Origin: Basidiobolus meristosporus CBS 931.73
Lineage: Eukaryota; Fungi; Basidiobolomycota
Direction of reading: 5' to 3'
Assembly (NCBI GenBank): GCA_002104905.1
Contig: MCFE01000531.1
Span: forward strand, 1-61,681
DNA length: 61,681 nt
A program made the position numbers and the translations under genes. Numbering within the stretch: position 1 is the first letter of the stretch; each line of letters opens with the position of its first letter. This document shows positions 1 through 11,338 of this stretch, in pieces. Under the pieces are notes generated by a model. That model made no database searches and had not been told where the DNA came from. It saw only the letters and a program-made list of their open reading frames with translations.

Positions 1-1771
1 TCCTGGTATCTCTGCTGTGGATGATGCATACAAGTACTTTCAAGAAGTATTTGCATACCCACCTGCTCATTGCCTTAAAGATGGCTGGGTTCCAGCATTT
101 GGGTCATTCATGCAAGACACCCTCTCTGATAGTCAATGGTTCACTGCCAAGTCCCTTCTTCTTGCAATCAGCAAGTATCTCTCTTCCAAATCTGCTGGTC
201 TGGACCCCCTTCATATATGCACTCTCAAGGTTTTGGCTAGAAATGCAGCTTTCCTAGATGATTTGAAGATTTTCTTTCATCATTGCCTGAGGCTAGGGTT
301 TACCCCTTCACAGTGGAATCTCTCTCACTTTCACTCTTTGCCAAAGAAGTCCACTTCCTCAACCATTGACAACTTCAGGCCTATTGCCTTGACACCAATG
401 CTTAGAAGAATATTTGAAGCCTGACTCCTCAACCACCTGAAGGACTCCCTCTTGGCCCAGTTTTATCCTGCACAAGCTGGCTTTAGGGGTGGCTACTCTA
501 CTGTAACGCATTCAGTTGTATCTCATGATGCTTTTTACCTATCAGGTCATGAAGAAAGAAAACACAGAATCTTTATTGACCTGAAGCAAGCACATGATAG
601 GGTAGTGATCCCAATACTCCTGAAGAAGCTAACAAACCAGAATGTATCCAGTCAGCTTCTTAGGATTGAACACTCACTCTTCTCAGCCTGCTATTCCACA
701 ATTAGTGTTAATGGTCTGATTTCATCTCCATTTCCCAGGCTCAGGGGCCTATTCCAGGGATCTTTGCATTCACCAATCCTGTTCAATGTCTACATTGATG
801 ACCTGGCTCAAAGTCTCTGCTCCAATGACTCAGGAGCTGCTGTGCCCTCTGAACTGCTATTTGCTGATGACATCCAATTGCTGCCTAGGAGTCTCTCAGA
901 AGCTAATCATTTGCTGAGTAAAGTCAGCCAATGGTGTACTGCCAATTGTATGGAAGTGAACACTTCTAAATCAGAATACATTGGTCCTACACCAGAGTGG
1001 AATATTTCCTTCAATAACTCCCTTCTGCCTCAACCTTCCTCTTACAGCTACCTTGGACTCCCAACTTGTCAAAGTGGTATTTCTTGGGTAGCTTGCACTG
1101 AAAAGTGTGTTCAAAGGGCTTCTGCCACTTTAAGATTCCTACAGCTCAAAGGGACCAGATGGCATCCCCTGATTAGGCTACAGCTATTCAAGGCCTTTGT
1201 GAGGTCATCTTAGGAGTATGCTGCTCCTATGATGTGTTTGGCTGCTGATCCTGACCTCATTACCAAGGTACAAGCTCTTCAGCAAGAAGCTATTGGCTGG
1301 GTAGTCAATGCTTCTGACTACCATTCTAGGCAATATCAGAGACTTATACATAGTATGACTGGTATTAAGGCTGTGCCAATCAGATTTGAGACTTTAGGTA
1401 TCAGATTTGGGCAGCACTATGCAAAAGCATCACCCAATAATCCTTTGAAGATCTTAGTCAATAAGATTACTAACAACTTAGTCCAAGCTACCCCAAAGTC
1501 ATTGGTGAGGAAGAAGATACACTTTCCTGATGGTTATAGAGATTATCTGGCCTCCAACAGTGCCAAGCCACCTAGTGAGCATATTCCTCTCTCTGTAGCA
1601 ATGCATAAAAGGAAGCTGGAGAGTATCTCCAGAGTTGCTAGCTCAAAAGACAGAGTTGGACTTATTTCTCATGAGAGTAGACATTCCCATATGTTGTATC
1701 CTAGAGAAAGTGTAATAAGACTCTTGAATGGTTTAAATGAACTAAAGGGACAATTAAGTGCAGAATCTTAG
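1..1771 (+). mobile_element. Decayed non-LTR (LINE) retrotransposon reverse transcriptase ORF, 5' end outside the window
   Basis: ORFs 17-424, 452-1213 and 1229-1771 share one frame, broken only by TGA (422-424) and TAG (1211-1213). RT motifs: NFRPIAL, QAGFRGGYST, FIDLKQAHDRV, GLFQGS..SPILFNVYIDDL, LFADDI, YSYLG. CpG is nearly absent. Confidence 0.92.
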
Positions 1772-2368
1772 AATTGTCAGAGAGTGGCGGAAATATTAGC
1801 AGAAAGATTCTGATCTAATATTGGTCTTGGATATAGCTGGGTTGGCTATAAAGACAATGATATTTGTTTGCTAGGCAGGCTAGGCTTGGTGTTCTTTGGA
1901 GTGCTAGATATACTAGGCTTGGATAGAAACTAGAACAGAATTGTTGGACTCTTATTTTTGCTGAGACAGAATCTTAATTTTGTTGAGACACACACTAAAC
2001 CAAAAGGTTCAGTAAACTTTATTTATACTTTTCTGATCAAGTTGAATTAGTAAGCGCCAAGGGACTGGATTGATTGAAATCAATTTGGGTGTTCATAGGT
2101 GCATAAGATAAATGAAAATTACATCATCAATCAACTGATGTCTTGGCAACTGCACAGTGGTTGGATAGATCTCAGATGACTAATCACCTGGGAAGGCTTG
2201 GCAGATAGGTTGATAACGTAATGACCATTTGAAAATAGATCAGGTGTGATAGCTAAAAATAAATTCTGAGGTGGGATAAAATAAACTGTAACTGGGATTT
2301 GTTATGTTTGGGTTAGGGAGAATCAGTTAGGGTACTAGATTTTCAAATGGAGTAAAATTGGCTAAGTT

Positions 2369-2790
2369 TTAAATGTTGATGCACAACACCATAGTTGAGC
2401 AGACATATCCCTTTACATCAGGAGTTCCTTCTTTGCCTTCCAGGCCATAAGGTGGAGAATGAACACACTTTGCTTGGGCTTCAAGTGCCCCTACAGTAGC
2501 AGGTATTTTTACTTCTCTCATGTAGAGAGCTGCTTTGGGTTCAGGGATACCCAATCTTTGTTCCAATTTCACAAACAAAGGGAGCTCATCCAGAGACTTT
2601 CTGCTATCATATCTGCAATTAGACTTGAGCTTCTGCCTTCCTGTGAGATCCCTGCCTTCCAGGAAGTGGTAGTATAGCTCTACACTTTCCTTGGTGCTTT
2701 GCTTTCAAATAACTCCCAGCTTTACTTCATTTTCTAGCCTGATGTGTTGACAAATTTCTTTTCAGAACTTGACTCAACTTGAGCAGTATA
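2369..2790 (-). pseudogene. Possible CpG-decayed coding relic of unknown origin
   Basis: The frame of ORF 2369-2578 stays open for ~40 more codons upstream, then is interrupted only by three TGA codons (possible CGA>TGA) over ~25 codons. No recognisable family. Confidence 0.3.
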
Positions 2791-2903
2791 TTTACCTTCA
2801 CATTACCAAAGATACATTTTCTTTGTACAGTTTGCACTACTGAACTTATATCAAGTTAAAATGGTATTACTATACTTGATCAGATTCAATAAAAGAGTTT
2901 AGA

Positions 2904-2922
2904 CCCTTAACCCTAACCCTAA
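2904..2922 (+). repeat. Interstitial telomere-like repeat (CCCTAA)~3
   Basis: CCCTTAACCCTAACCCTAA at 2904-2922; another AACCCTAAG at 3082-3090. Confidence 0.6.
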
Positions 2923-2982
2923 GAATCTTCTATTCCCAGCTGGCTTCTTTATTTGTAGTCAGACTTGCCTAAAATCAAATAA

Positions 2983-3090
2983 AGATTTCACCTACCTTGG
3001 TGACTTTCCCTCCCCTAAGATTTCACCTGTTGGTGACTGTCTCCCCCCTAAATTTTTCAACTTGGTGACTTTCTTCCCCCCAACCCTAAG
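2983..3090 (+). repeat. Three degenerate ~33-bp tandem units ending in CCCCTAA-like motifs
   Basis: Units such as GATTTCACCTACCTTGGTGACTTTCCCTCCCCTAA, GATTTCACCTGTTGGTGACTGTCTCCCCCCTAA and TTTTTCAACTTGGTGACTTTCTTCCCCCCAACCCTAA. Confidence 0.7.
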
Positions 3091-3120
3091 AGTAACAGCT
3101 TGGGGCTCATAACCTGCTGT

Positions 3121-3441
3121 AAGAGTCTTGGAGATATTAGAAGTGATTGGGAAATAGAGTAGATTATGTGGTTTTCACTTAATGATTTATTGAATGTAAA
3201 AGTAGTAGTGATACTTCCACATGGTCTTGGCATTACAAGCACATAGAATATGTTTAGAAAGGTCCCAAAAACATGTGTGCAAAGTTTGGGGCTGTTTGGA
3301 GAACTTATCTAATTTTCATGTTCTGGGTACCTGATGTTTTGGTGAAATGTTGTAAGTAAATCCCAACAAGGAATTTGGTCAGTATTCCCCAAGATTTGAA
3401 GGTGATGATCTAAGTGACTAAGTTATCTGAATATTTAGGTG
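3121..3441 (+). repeat. Dispersed ~320-bp repeat family, copy A
   Basis: Shares blocks GAGTCTTG, TTTTCACTTAATGATTTATTGA, CATGGTCTTGGCATTACAAGC, TGTGCAAAG.TTGGGGCTG, CAAGGA.TTTGGTCAGTATTC and GAATATTTAGGTG with other copies. Confidence 0.9.
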
Positions 3442-4738
3442 CGATTATGATATACAACAATTATCACCCCTCTAACCAAAAACAGTAAGAACTCAAACAG
3501 CTCTAACACAGGACTTAAGTGACAACGCAAATACAAATTTTTGGGCGTAAACATCGATATACTAAAGAAGTTATACAGACTGAAGTTCCCTGATTGACAT
3601 GGACATTTCCAGACAACCTGTTGATCTCACATGACTTCTTGATTGAAGAATGTCAAGATATGATCTTATCAGTTGGCAACTATAATGTCTCTTACCCTGA
3701 ACACAACTATTTGGAGCAATATTTCTAGAATTGACTTCCTGGTCATAAATCATTAGTTCACTCGTAGTCTTGAACTTACCTGATGTAGACTAGGCTATAT
3801 CAGCCAGGTATATTCTCGAGCTTGGCCCATATGGAATAATCTATAGTATTCGGATCAGCCAATGATGTTATTAGCATTGACCTCCACGACATCTAAATAT
3901 ATCCACTATGCATTATGTAAGAAGAGCCAGTATTAATATGATAGATAACAATAAGCGAGCGAGCGCTTGTGGTTCAATTAATCAATGGGTGTGTTGACTC
4001 AGCGTATCTTTTAGAGGAAATATTTTTGGCACGAGGCTGGCTCGGTTTTGGTGAATGGTTTCATTAAATCATAGTCCAAATGGAAGCAGCCTCAATGCCT
4101 GCAAGTGCAGAATTCAGCTTACATTGATGTTTGGTACAGACGCATGTCTATTGCAGTCCCACAGCATCCTTAATAACACACGGATGGAAAATCTTTGGGG
4201 TGTGATTCCCAGATATTGGAGTGCTTGATACAATAGGCATTCCAATATGGATGTCAACAAATTTGGATCATGTTCGATTATCTTCAACAATAGTAGTTAA
4301 TCACATTCATCCGTAGCATAGGCCCCGCGAAAAAGGACATTCCACCACGAGTTTATATCATAATGTGGGCCAATGATAGAGTTGATGCAAGATATATCTT
4401 CGCTGATAGCGATGGTAGCCTTGGTGTCGGCAAAAGTGATTCTGATTTTATGGACAGGTCTTGTAAGTATTCTATCCACACCGATCTAGACCTCATCAAG
4501 AAGAAATTTTACCCTTTGCTGGGGTAGAAATAGCATAGACTAATGGTCAGAAATTATAAGCCATGTAAGGTGGGTTTGTAAAGCCAAGAAATATTGGCCC
4601 AAACAAACGGACAAACCAATAGATAGAATAATCTGAAGTATTGCTCATTCGGCACAATGGATGGTACCATCGAAAACAGCAAAGATCACACTTATAAAGG
4701 CAGCCTTGGCAGAATATTCCCAACATCACTCCGTCAAA

Positions 4739-5257
4739 ATGCGCTTCGCTTTTCTCTCGCTACTCGGTACCGCGCTCGCCGCATCCAACTGCCTTGCCGC
4801 TCCTGTAAAGCAGGCCAACGTCACTGTGTACACCGACTTTGAGGTTGGCCACTATAATTATTACTCTGAGTCCCAAGATATGCAGTTATGGGCGAAGCGA
4901 GTTTCTGGATCCGTTGATATCTGCAAGGAGGATATGTGCCTCAAAATGTACTTCCTTAATGACTTGAATCCGCTACTCCTTCCTCAGGCGAACTTCCCAT
5001 TTGGTACTGGCTGTCTTATTTGGGCCAATACTACGTATGACGGAGTTGATGACCAAAGCAGCCAGCTGAGCGCTAACTGGGGTGAAGTTGCTGTTCCTCT
5101 TTATTGTGACAAGAAATGCACAAACAAGGATTTTGCCCGCTATTGCAATTATAGGTGTGGTGGTGGAGGCGAGTATCCATTCCCTGAGAACTTCTACTCC
5201 TACAGAATGACTAAGGAACAACTGCTAGCAGCTCTTCAGGGCTCCTTACCAAAATAA
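4739..5257 (+). CDS. Secreted Cys-rich protein, 172 aa (paralog 1)
   Basis: ATG at 4739 gives signal peptide MRFAFLSLLGTALAASNCLAA. TATAAA lies at ~4693. Intronless, with Cx4C and PLxC..CT...F...CxYxC. Confidence 0.8.
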   Translation: MRFAFLSLLGTALAASNCLAAPVKQANVTVYTDFEVGHYNYYSESQDMQLWAKRVSGSVDICKEDMCLKMYFLNDLNPLLLPQANFPFGTGCLIWANTTYDGVDDQSSQLSANWGEVAVPLYCDKKCTNKDFARYCNYRCGGGGEYPFPENFYSYRMTKEQLLAALQGSLPK

Positions 5258-5703
5258 ATATCTTTTCCGACCTCATTACCAATATATATGTATAATATGC
5301 GTTTTGGCAGCCTCCAAATGGCTGGATAAAATATCAGATAATTGATTTTGCAATCAAAAGCCTTGTGTTTGCTACGAAATATATGGGACCTACTGCTTGG
5401 ATATCAGCTTGCTCATACTCGCGTATGCTTATTACTAAAAAACCAGTGTTACAGAGGTTAAACTATGGAGCATTTGGTACACGGTTAAGGAAAGAATCAG
5501 TAATGAATTGTGTACTGCCAATTTAGAAGGTGCTTAGAATTACCGTAAGTAGAGGTGTATCTGGTCATATTTCCTGTAGCGGCTAATCTGCAGATGATAT
5601 CGAAAATTGAGAATTTCGTTCCAAGCCCAGTTATTCAGGACTCGAAGCTTTCCAATCACTTATATAAGGACTGCGGGAGTAGTCGTTACTACATTCAAAG
5701 ACC

Positions 5704-6201
5704 ATGCTTTATTCTTGCATTTTGTCCGTTGCTACCTTGGCCTTTGGCGCTACTTCCGTTGCCGCTACTTTTGCCTCCACAGCCAATGTTGCGCTTGGCT
5801 ATAAATGCTCACCCAACGCTCCAGAGCTTATGACTTTTGGACCCGCCTGCTCTTTCTACCAAGCTGTGGACCTCAACGTCTGCAGCGACAGTCGCTGTTA
5901 TGAAATACCATACGTGACCGATGGCCTAACCAATCTTCAGTTCGTTACTAATGTGTTCAGCGAGAACGTTCAGCTGAGCTATGATACCAAGATTGACTAT
6001 GACAAACTCACATCCCTCCAGCTCCAAATGGGAGACGACAAGATGCCACTGATGTGCAACCCTGGCGAGTGCACCGAGCAAGCGTTCAGTTTGATGTGCA
6101 AATACGAATGCGCTGGCGTTCACGATAATGACAAAGCTCTCGAGCACTTTGCCAATCTCAAAATTGGCATTGAAACCACATACGGTGTAAACACATATTA
6201 A
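5704..6201 (+). CDS. Secreted Cys-rich protein, 165 aa (paralog 2)
   Basis: Signal peptide MLYSCILSVATLAFGATSVAA, TATATAA at ~5662, and the same Cys pattern as paralog 1. Confidence 0.8.
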   Translation: MLYSCILSVATLAFGATSVAATFASTANVALGYKCSPNAPELMTFGPACSFYQAVDLNVCSDSRCYEIPYVTDGLTNLQFVTNVFSENVQLSYDTKIDYDKLTSLQLQMGDDKMPLMCNPGECTEQAFSLMCKYECAGVHDNDKALEHFANLKIGIETTYGVNTY

Positions 6202-6722
6202 CCTAGAACAAAAGGAAATAAAATTATCCAACATACAAGATGGCAACGCTCGTAATCAGCACCTTATCGATTTGGCACTTTAATCTATGCTATCGTGAAG
6301 GTCTACCAAAGCAGGTGGTCTGAGGATTGATAAAGCTGATCAGGTGTGCACTCCTCCACAATGGGTTCGTAGCTCAACGGTGGAAGTAATCCATTCACGC
6401 CAATTGCGGGGTCAACGTGCTTACTTGTACCGAGAATAGTGATATACATTGTTGTACTAGTGAGCATGTATCAGACACTAAATCTATCAGCAGGATTGGC
6501 TCCTCAGATGAAACTTCTATCCAAGAATGTAGTATCTATTCGCTAGAATCCAGGAATGCAGCATCTATTGGCCAGAGAATCCGCATAACCGCAATAGAAG
6601 CTTCCTGCTGCGTATTTTTTTGGAAAGATATCTTAATGCATGCTTCAGGAGTAAGAGTGATTATCTCTTGGTGCCTTGAGATGAGTAAGAATAAGACTAA
6701 TTTGGCTTTGCATTTAGCCATC

Positions 6723-6774
6723 AAGGGCAAGTCAGAAATGTGGGTCTAAAGGGCAAGTCAGAAATGTGGGTCTA
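6723..6774 (+). repeat. Perfect 26-bp tandem duplication
   Basis: AAGGGCAAGTCAGAAATGTGGGTCTA x2. Confidence 0.95.
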
Positions 6775-7262
6775 GACCCAGACACCATGATCTGCAACCT
6801 TGTCTGTCAAAACAGGTTTAAAAATTACAACAAAGTACAAATGATAGGATGTGTCCGTAACTGAAGCGAATATTCCATTAGAACGAGATAGGGTTACTGC
6901 CTCCATGCGCGCCTTGAAATGAGCAGTAGTCAACCACTTATAGTGTCAGACCGGGAATGTAGACTTGAGTTTTCATACACACGTAGCATCTCCATGGGTT
7001 TGGAGGCGATACATGCTAACACAACAATATATCTGTGTCTTGGTTCAATAATGGATTCGAAAAATTTGTTCCACAATGGTAACTTGATGAGGCTTATCTT
7101 TGGACAACCTTCCAGGCTTCATAACTGCTCGCTATGTTTGGTGTAAATTTCAATGGTGATTGACGATTCATTGGGGATACCAAAAGCATTAAGATTGTTA
7201 TGCATAGGCCACAATCAATGGGTGACGCTTATTCCTAAAGCAGCACAAACTTCACCCAAAGT

Positions 7263-7379
7263 AGTTATCGCAATAATTCATTCACCTTTTGCACGCGGTT
7301 AAATACTGGAATATGGAGTTATCGCAATAATTCATTCACCTTTTGCACGCGGTTAAATACTGGAATATGGAGTTATCGC
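7263..7379 (+). repeat. Perfect 54-bp tandem duplication (2.2 copies)
   Basis: AGTTATCGCAATAATTCATTCACCTTTTGCACGCGGTTAAATACTGGAATATGG x2 plus AGTTATCGC. Confidence 0.95.
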
Positions 7380-8269
7380 CATTTTATTAGTATAAATCAT
7401 CCGATTTACATGGCCTGGGTGTTGCCAGATTAGTGACAGATTGACTTATATTTAGCCTACAGTTTCGATCAACATCCATTCCTATTTCAGGATGACATAT
7501 AATCGATGCAACATCGGTTGTTACTATCGGTTATTACTACTATGATTGGAATTAAATCACGGGAGGTTGAGTTTTGTTACGCTCGTAGAGGGAAATCCCG
7601 GCTAAACAGTAAATCTGTTGGGATTCCGGGGAGAGTAAGAGTTGATCCAGGATGCGAGGGAGATGATACTTTATTCGCGTACAAGTCTGTCTGCAATAGT
7701 TGTTCATATTATGCCTTATGTACTGTGTGCTAAATTAGTGATAGAGAGGGTTTTTGTCAGAATAACTCTATTTGGGTGCAGATTGGCATAATTGGTCTTA
7801 TACCATTACAGATGATTGTCCTCTACCAAGTGCCTACCACTTGTCCTACTGCCATGCTTTACCCTGTAACAGTTTGGACCTGCACTACTACTAAGCTTTA
7901 TGATGTAATGTTGACATTAATCTCAACTCCTTCCATTCTGTGAGTTACCCACAAGGTACACTAACAATCCCGATCAACTCCTGTGCATATTGATTATCTT
8001 GGCTAGAATTTGCTGTAGTTATCTCAAACATATCAAAGCAGAAGCTTAGCAATGAATATTAATAAATTGTCACCTCTTCTTTGCAATCTGATTTTTATAG
8101 ATTTACTTAGCTACTATCACAAGTATGTTAGGCAGGAATAATAATAGTACTGTTATTTTAGAACTTATACACTAGGCCCTTGGCACATCATGTATGATAA
8201 AGTGAACTTAGATTGTGTATTGTTATGGAGCTATACTACTTTGCTTCTCCTACTTTTTCTCCTGTATGT

Positions 8270-8390
8270 GACTTTTGGTACATCTACCTCCTAGAATAAG
8301 GAATGTTGCAAGATTCTAAGGAGTTTGGTCAGTAATCTCAAAAACTACAAGAATTGCATGATATTCACTTGTTATATTAAATCTATTTAA
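8270..8390 (+). repeat. Highly degenerate partial copy of the ~320-bp repeat
   Basis: AAGGAGTTTGGTCAGTAATCTC at ~8316-8338 matches the family's distal block. Confidence 0.5.
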
Positions 8391-8664
8391 GCCTAATATA
8401 TAATAGAACAAATATCTGAAGGAAGATCCCTGGAAGCAGTCTGCAAAGCTACGGGTCTTTTTGTTAAGTTTAAGAACTCCAATAACTTCAATGCATACTC
8501 TTCAAACAAAAGCTAGTATTTTACATATTTCATTGCAAGTTAGGAACTTGTTGCTTGAAAATAGCCAATATGCTATATAGAATTTTATGCTATTCAGTTA
8601 GTGGAGTAACAACCAGGTATCTTCAAGTATCAACCTCTTAAAGATGCTGAGAAAATTGGAACTC

Positions 8665-9054
8665 CACCTAAATATTCACCTAACTTAGCTACTTTGATCA
8701 TTACATACAAATCTTAGAGAATACTGACCAAACTCCTTGTTGGGATTTACTTAGAATATTTACCCAGAATATGAATATTGAATAAGTTGTCTAAACAGCC
8801 CCAAACTTTGCACAGATGCTCTTGGGACCTTGCTAAGCCTATTCTACATGTTTGTTATGCTCAAAGTTGTCCAAACAGCCCCAAACTTTGCACACATATT
8901 CTTGGGATCTTCCTTAACCTGTTCTATGTGTTTGTTATGCCAAGACCATGTAAAAGTATCAATCCTACTTTTACATTGAATAAATCATTAAGCAAAAACC
9001 ACATAATAGACTTGTTCTCCCAATCACTGCCAATATCTTCAAGACTCTTACAAC
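8665..9054 (-). repeat. Dispersed repeat copy B (inverted, with internal duplication)
   Basis: Reverse complement of the family. The block AAACAGCCCCAAACTTTGCACA occurs twice (~8793 and ~8873). Confidence 0.9.
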
Positions 9055-9199
9055 TAAGAAGTCCCAATATATGGCTTGACCCTGCTATGAGGTGACTAAG
9101 TTATGTAGTAGAAAGCCTCTGCACATTGTAAAATGTTTCAGGTGTGGCATTTTAGAGATTGTAATACCTTCCAATTATGAATAATCCTCCCCTATATAA

Positions 9200-9410
9200 T
9201 CTACTATTGCCTGAGCTTTGAGCACAGTGGAAGTGCTTAAATGAAAGAGAATATTAGGAGGTTTTACTGGTGAACTGTATATTGTAGGAGTAGTATTTGT
9301 ATTTCTACATGATATTGGCAAAACAAGCACACAATATATGCTGAGTAAGATCCAAAGTGCATGTGTGCAAAGTGTGGGGCTGCTGAGACAACTTTGGGAC
9401 TTGCATGTCC
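9200..9410 (+). repeat. Dispersed repeat copy C (partial, diverged)
   Basis: GCATGTGTGCAAAGTGTGGGGCTGCTGAGACAAC and the upstream block are similar to copies A and E. Confidence 0.7.
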
Positions 9411-9415
9411 TCAAT

Positions 9416-9742
9416 GTTGAAAGAGTCTTGATGATAAAGGAAGTGATTGGAAGAACATGTAGATATTGTGGTTTTCACTTAATGATTTATTGAGTGTAAA
9501 AGTAATATTTCTACTTTTACATGGTCTTGGCATTACAAGCATGTAGAATATGTTTAGGAAGGTCCAAAGAGCATGTGTGCAAAGCTTGGGGCTGTTTGAC
9601 AACTTATCTAATTTTTATGTTCTTGGAATCTGATATGTTGGTGAAAATATTCTAAATAAATCTAAACAAGGAGTTTGGTCAGTATTCTCTAGGATTTGAA
9701 GGCAATCTTTCTAAGTGACCAAGTAGGGTGAATATTTAGGTG
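9416..9742 (+). repeat. Dispersed repeat copy D; forms an inverted pair with copy B
   Basis: Runs from GAAAGAGTCTTG to GGTGAATATTTAGGTG; its end is the reverse complement of CACCTAAATATTCACC at 8665. Confidence 0.9.
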
Positions 9743-9851
9743 TAATTACAAATTTCTACAACAATATGAATGAGCTGTGATAGAGTCTTGACAAAAATAA
9801 GAACCTCAATTATCCACATATTCTGATATCAAACTCATAGCAGAGGTTATT

Positions 9852-10152
9852 TTATGTTAGATTAATAAAGGAAGAACTCATTGTAGCATTGCTGAATACT
9901 GCAGTAGATCCTATTGTGCTGCTACTGATTGATGCAACAGTGGATGAAGGTGAAGACAATGAGCTACCACCAGTCAAAGTACTGATTGCTGAGACAGAGC
10001 CATCACTGACTGGCAAATTAATTGCAGTGGCACTTGTTGGGGCTTGAAGTGTTGGTTTTATCATCATAGACAGATGAGATAGTAGGCACAACTGCAGCAC
10101 TACATGCAGCAATAATGAAAGCTAAAATGCTAAGGATTGAGTTTAAACTCAT
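9852..10152 (-). pseudogene. Frameshifted secreted Ser/Thr-rich protein
   Basis: Signal peptide MSLNSILSILAFIIAACSAA in one frame overlaps a Ser/Thr-rich frame (APTSATAINLPVSDGSVSAISTLTGGSSLSSPSSTVASISSS). CpG-depleted. Confidence 0.5.
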
Positions 10153-10737
10153 GGGTGGAAGATCTTTACAGCACAGATGATTGAAAATACTCCTGATCCA
10201 CATGAGTTGAAATAATTTGTGACACACTGAGTTTGTTTGGTAAAAATAATATATATACTATGTATTACTGAGCACTATGAACTACAAGGTTATGTAGTCT
10301 CAGTCAATATTCATATTTCAAGGAAACTGTTGTGTCTATATGGCAAGAATGGAATGAGCCTATATTGGTGTAAAGGTTTGACAAAGTAACCAGATGGCTA
10401 ACTTATTAATACTAATAGCACACTATTTCCAAGTTTTTAGAACTGATACACATTCTAGCTACTAATAACTGATAATGTAGGGGTACCAATACTAGCTCAT
10501 CAAAAACCAATAAAGCATATACTCTATTGTCAACTACAAATAGCATGAATAAGATGCATAGTTTACTGAAGCTATTAGACACCAACTATTATGGTCAAGA
10601 CAGTGCATCATTATAGACCACCCATATTTGCCAACCTTCTTGATGTTACTTGACTCACACCAGTTGCCCCAGGAGACCACAGTGGATGATAATGGAAGAC
10701 AACAATGATTACTTTTCCCTTCAGTTTGATGAGTAGC

Positions 10738-11242
10738 TCAGAAAAGTCTGTGGCTGTCAAAGTGCCTGTGTATCATCATTAACATAGCAGATTTCAGTGC
10801 CATGCCATAAGCATTGGATAAATTCAAATACTGATCAGTTGTAACGGCACTCAATTGCAGCTTTTGATTCTCAAGATAGATGAAGAAGCCTTTTTCTTTA
10901 TTCTGATTTAAAGCGCTCTGGTAAGTCTCATGGAACTTGCGCTTAAATTGTTCAAGCACAGTGCCAAGGGTCATCCCATGAAGTTGCACTCCAAGCACAA
11001 AAGCATTAGTCCTGTCGCTGGATTCCATGCTCTTTTTGAGTTTCATACTATTGAATAAGATCTAAGCTTAGATATCCTAATTGTTGCCTTTCTATTATAA
11101 ATTGATGATGCCCCCACTTACACAGTATATGTCCCATTGATGTATGTGCATTCACATACTGGAGGACTTGCCAAAATGGTATTTGTACTTTTGATATAAT
11201 AAGATAGGAAGCAGCTTCAAATCGTAGACAGTCAAGGATCAA
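10738..11242 (-). pseudogene. Unidentified ORF fragments in the CpG-depleted domain
   Basis: Abutting ORFs of 64 and 102 aa on the same strand; no recognisable motif. Confidence 0.2.
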
Positions 11243-11338
11243 TCATGTTTGCTACCAGTGCACTAGTTGAGTGTTAGTCTAGTGGTAAGATCATTGCTTC
11301 ATATGGCATAGATCTCAATACCAATTTTATTGTCTCCA

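Noticed and set aside
1772-2922. LINE 3' UTR ending at AATAAA plus CCCTAA (telomere-targeted retrotransposon)
   Set aside because: The intervening 1.1 kb contains an unrelated antisense relic and no poly(A) tail, so continuity with the LINE is not demonstrable.
4300-4525. Open plus-strand frame (..DRVDARYIFADSDGSLGVGKS..) upstream of the secreted pair
   Set aside because: No start context or recognisable family, and it is bounded by stops.
6363-6416. tRNA-like 5' end (GGGTTCGTAGCTCAACGGT, A-box-like)
   Set aside because: No T-loop/B-box (GTTCRANYC) and no cloverleaf pairing downstream; at most a relic. tRNAscan-SE would decide.
7506-7733. 75-aa ORF ending in CxxC..CxxC
   Set aside because: Too short and unsupported; could be chance.
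3121-9742. Repeat/spacer arrangement as a possible CRISPR-like array
   Set aside because: Eukaryotic context; repeats are hundreds of bp, diverged, irregularly spaced and in mixed orientation, and no cas genes are present.
11266-11325. tRNA A-box-like GTTAGTCTAGTGGTAAGATC at the CpG-domain boundary (possible tRNA relic or barrier)
   Set aside because: Only ~25 nt of resemblance, with no B-box or acceptor stem, so it cannot be supported.
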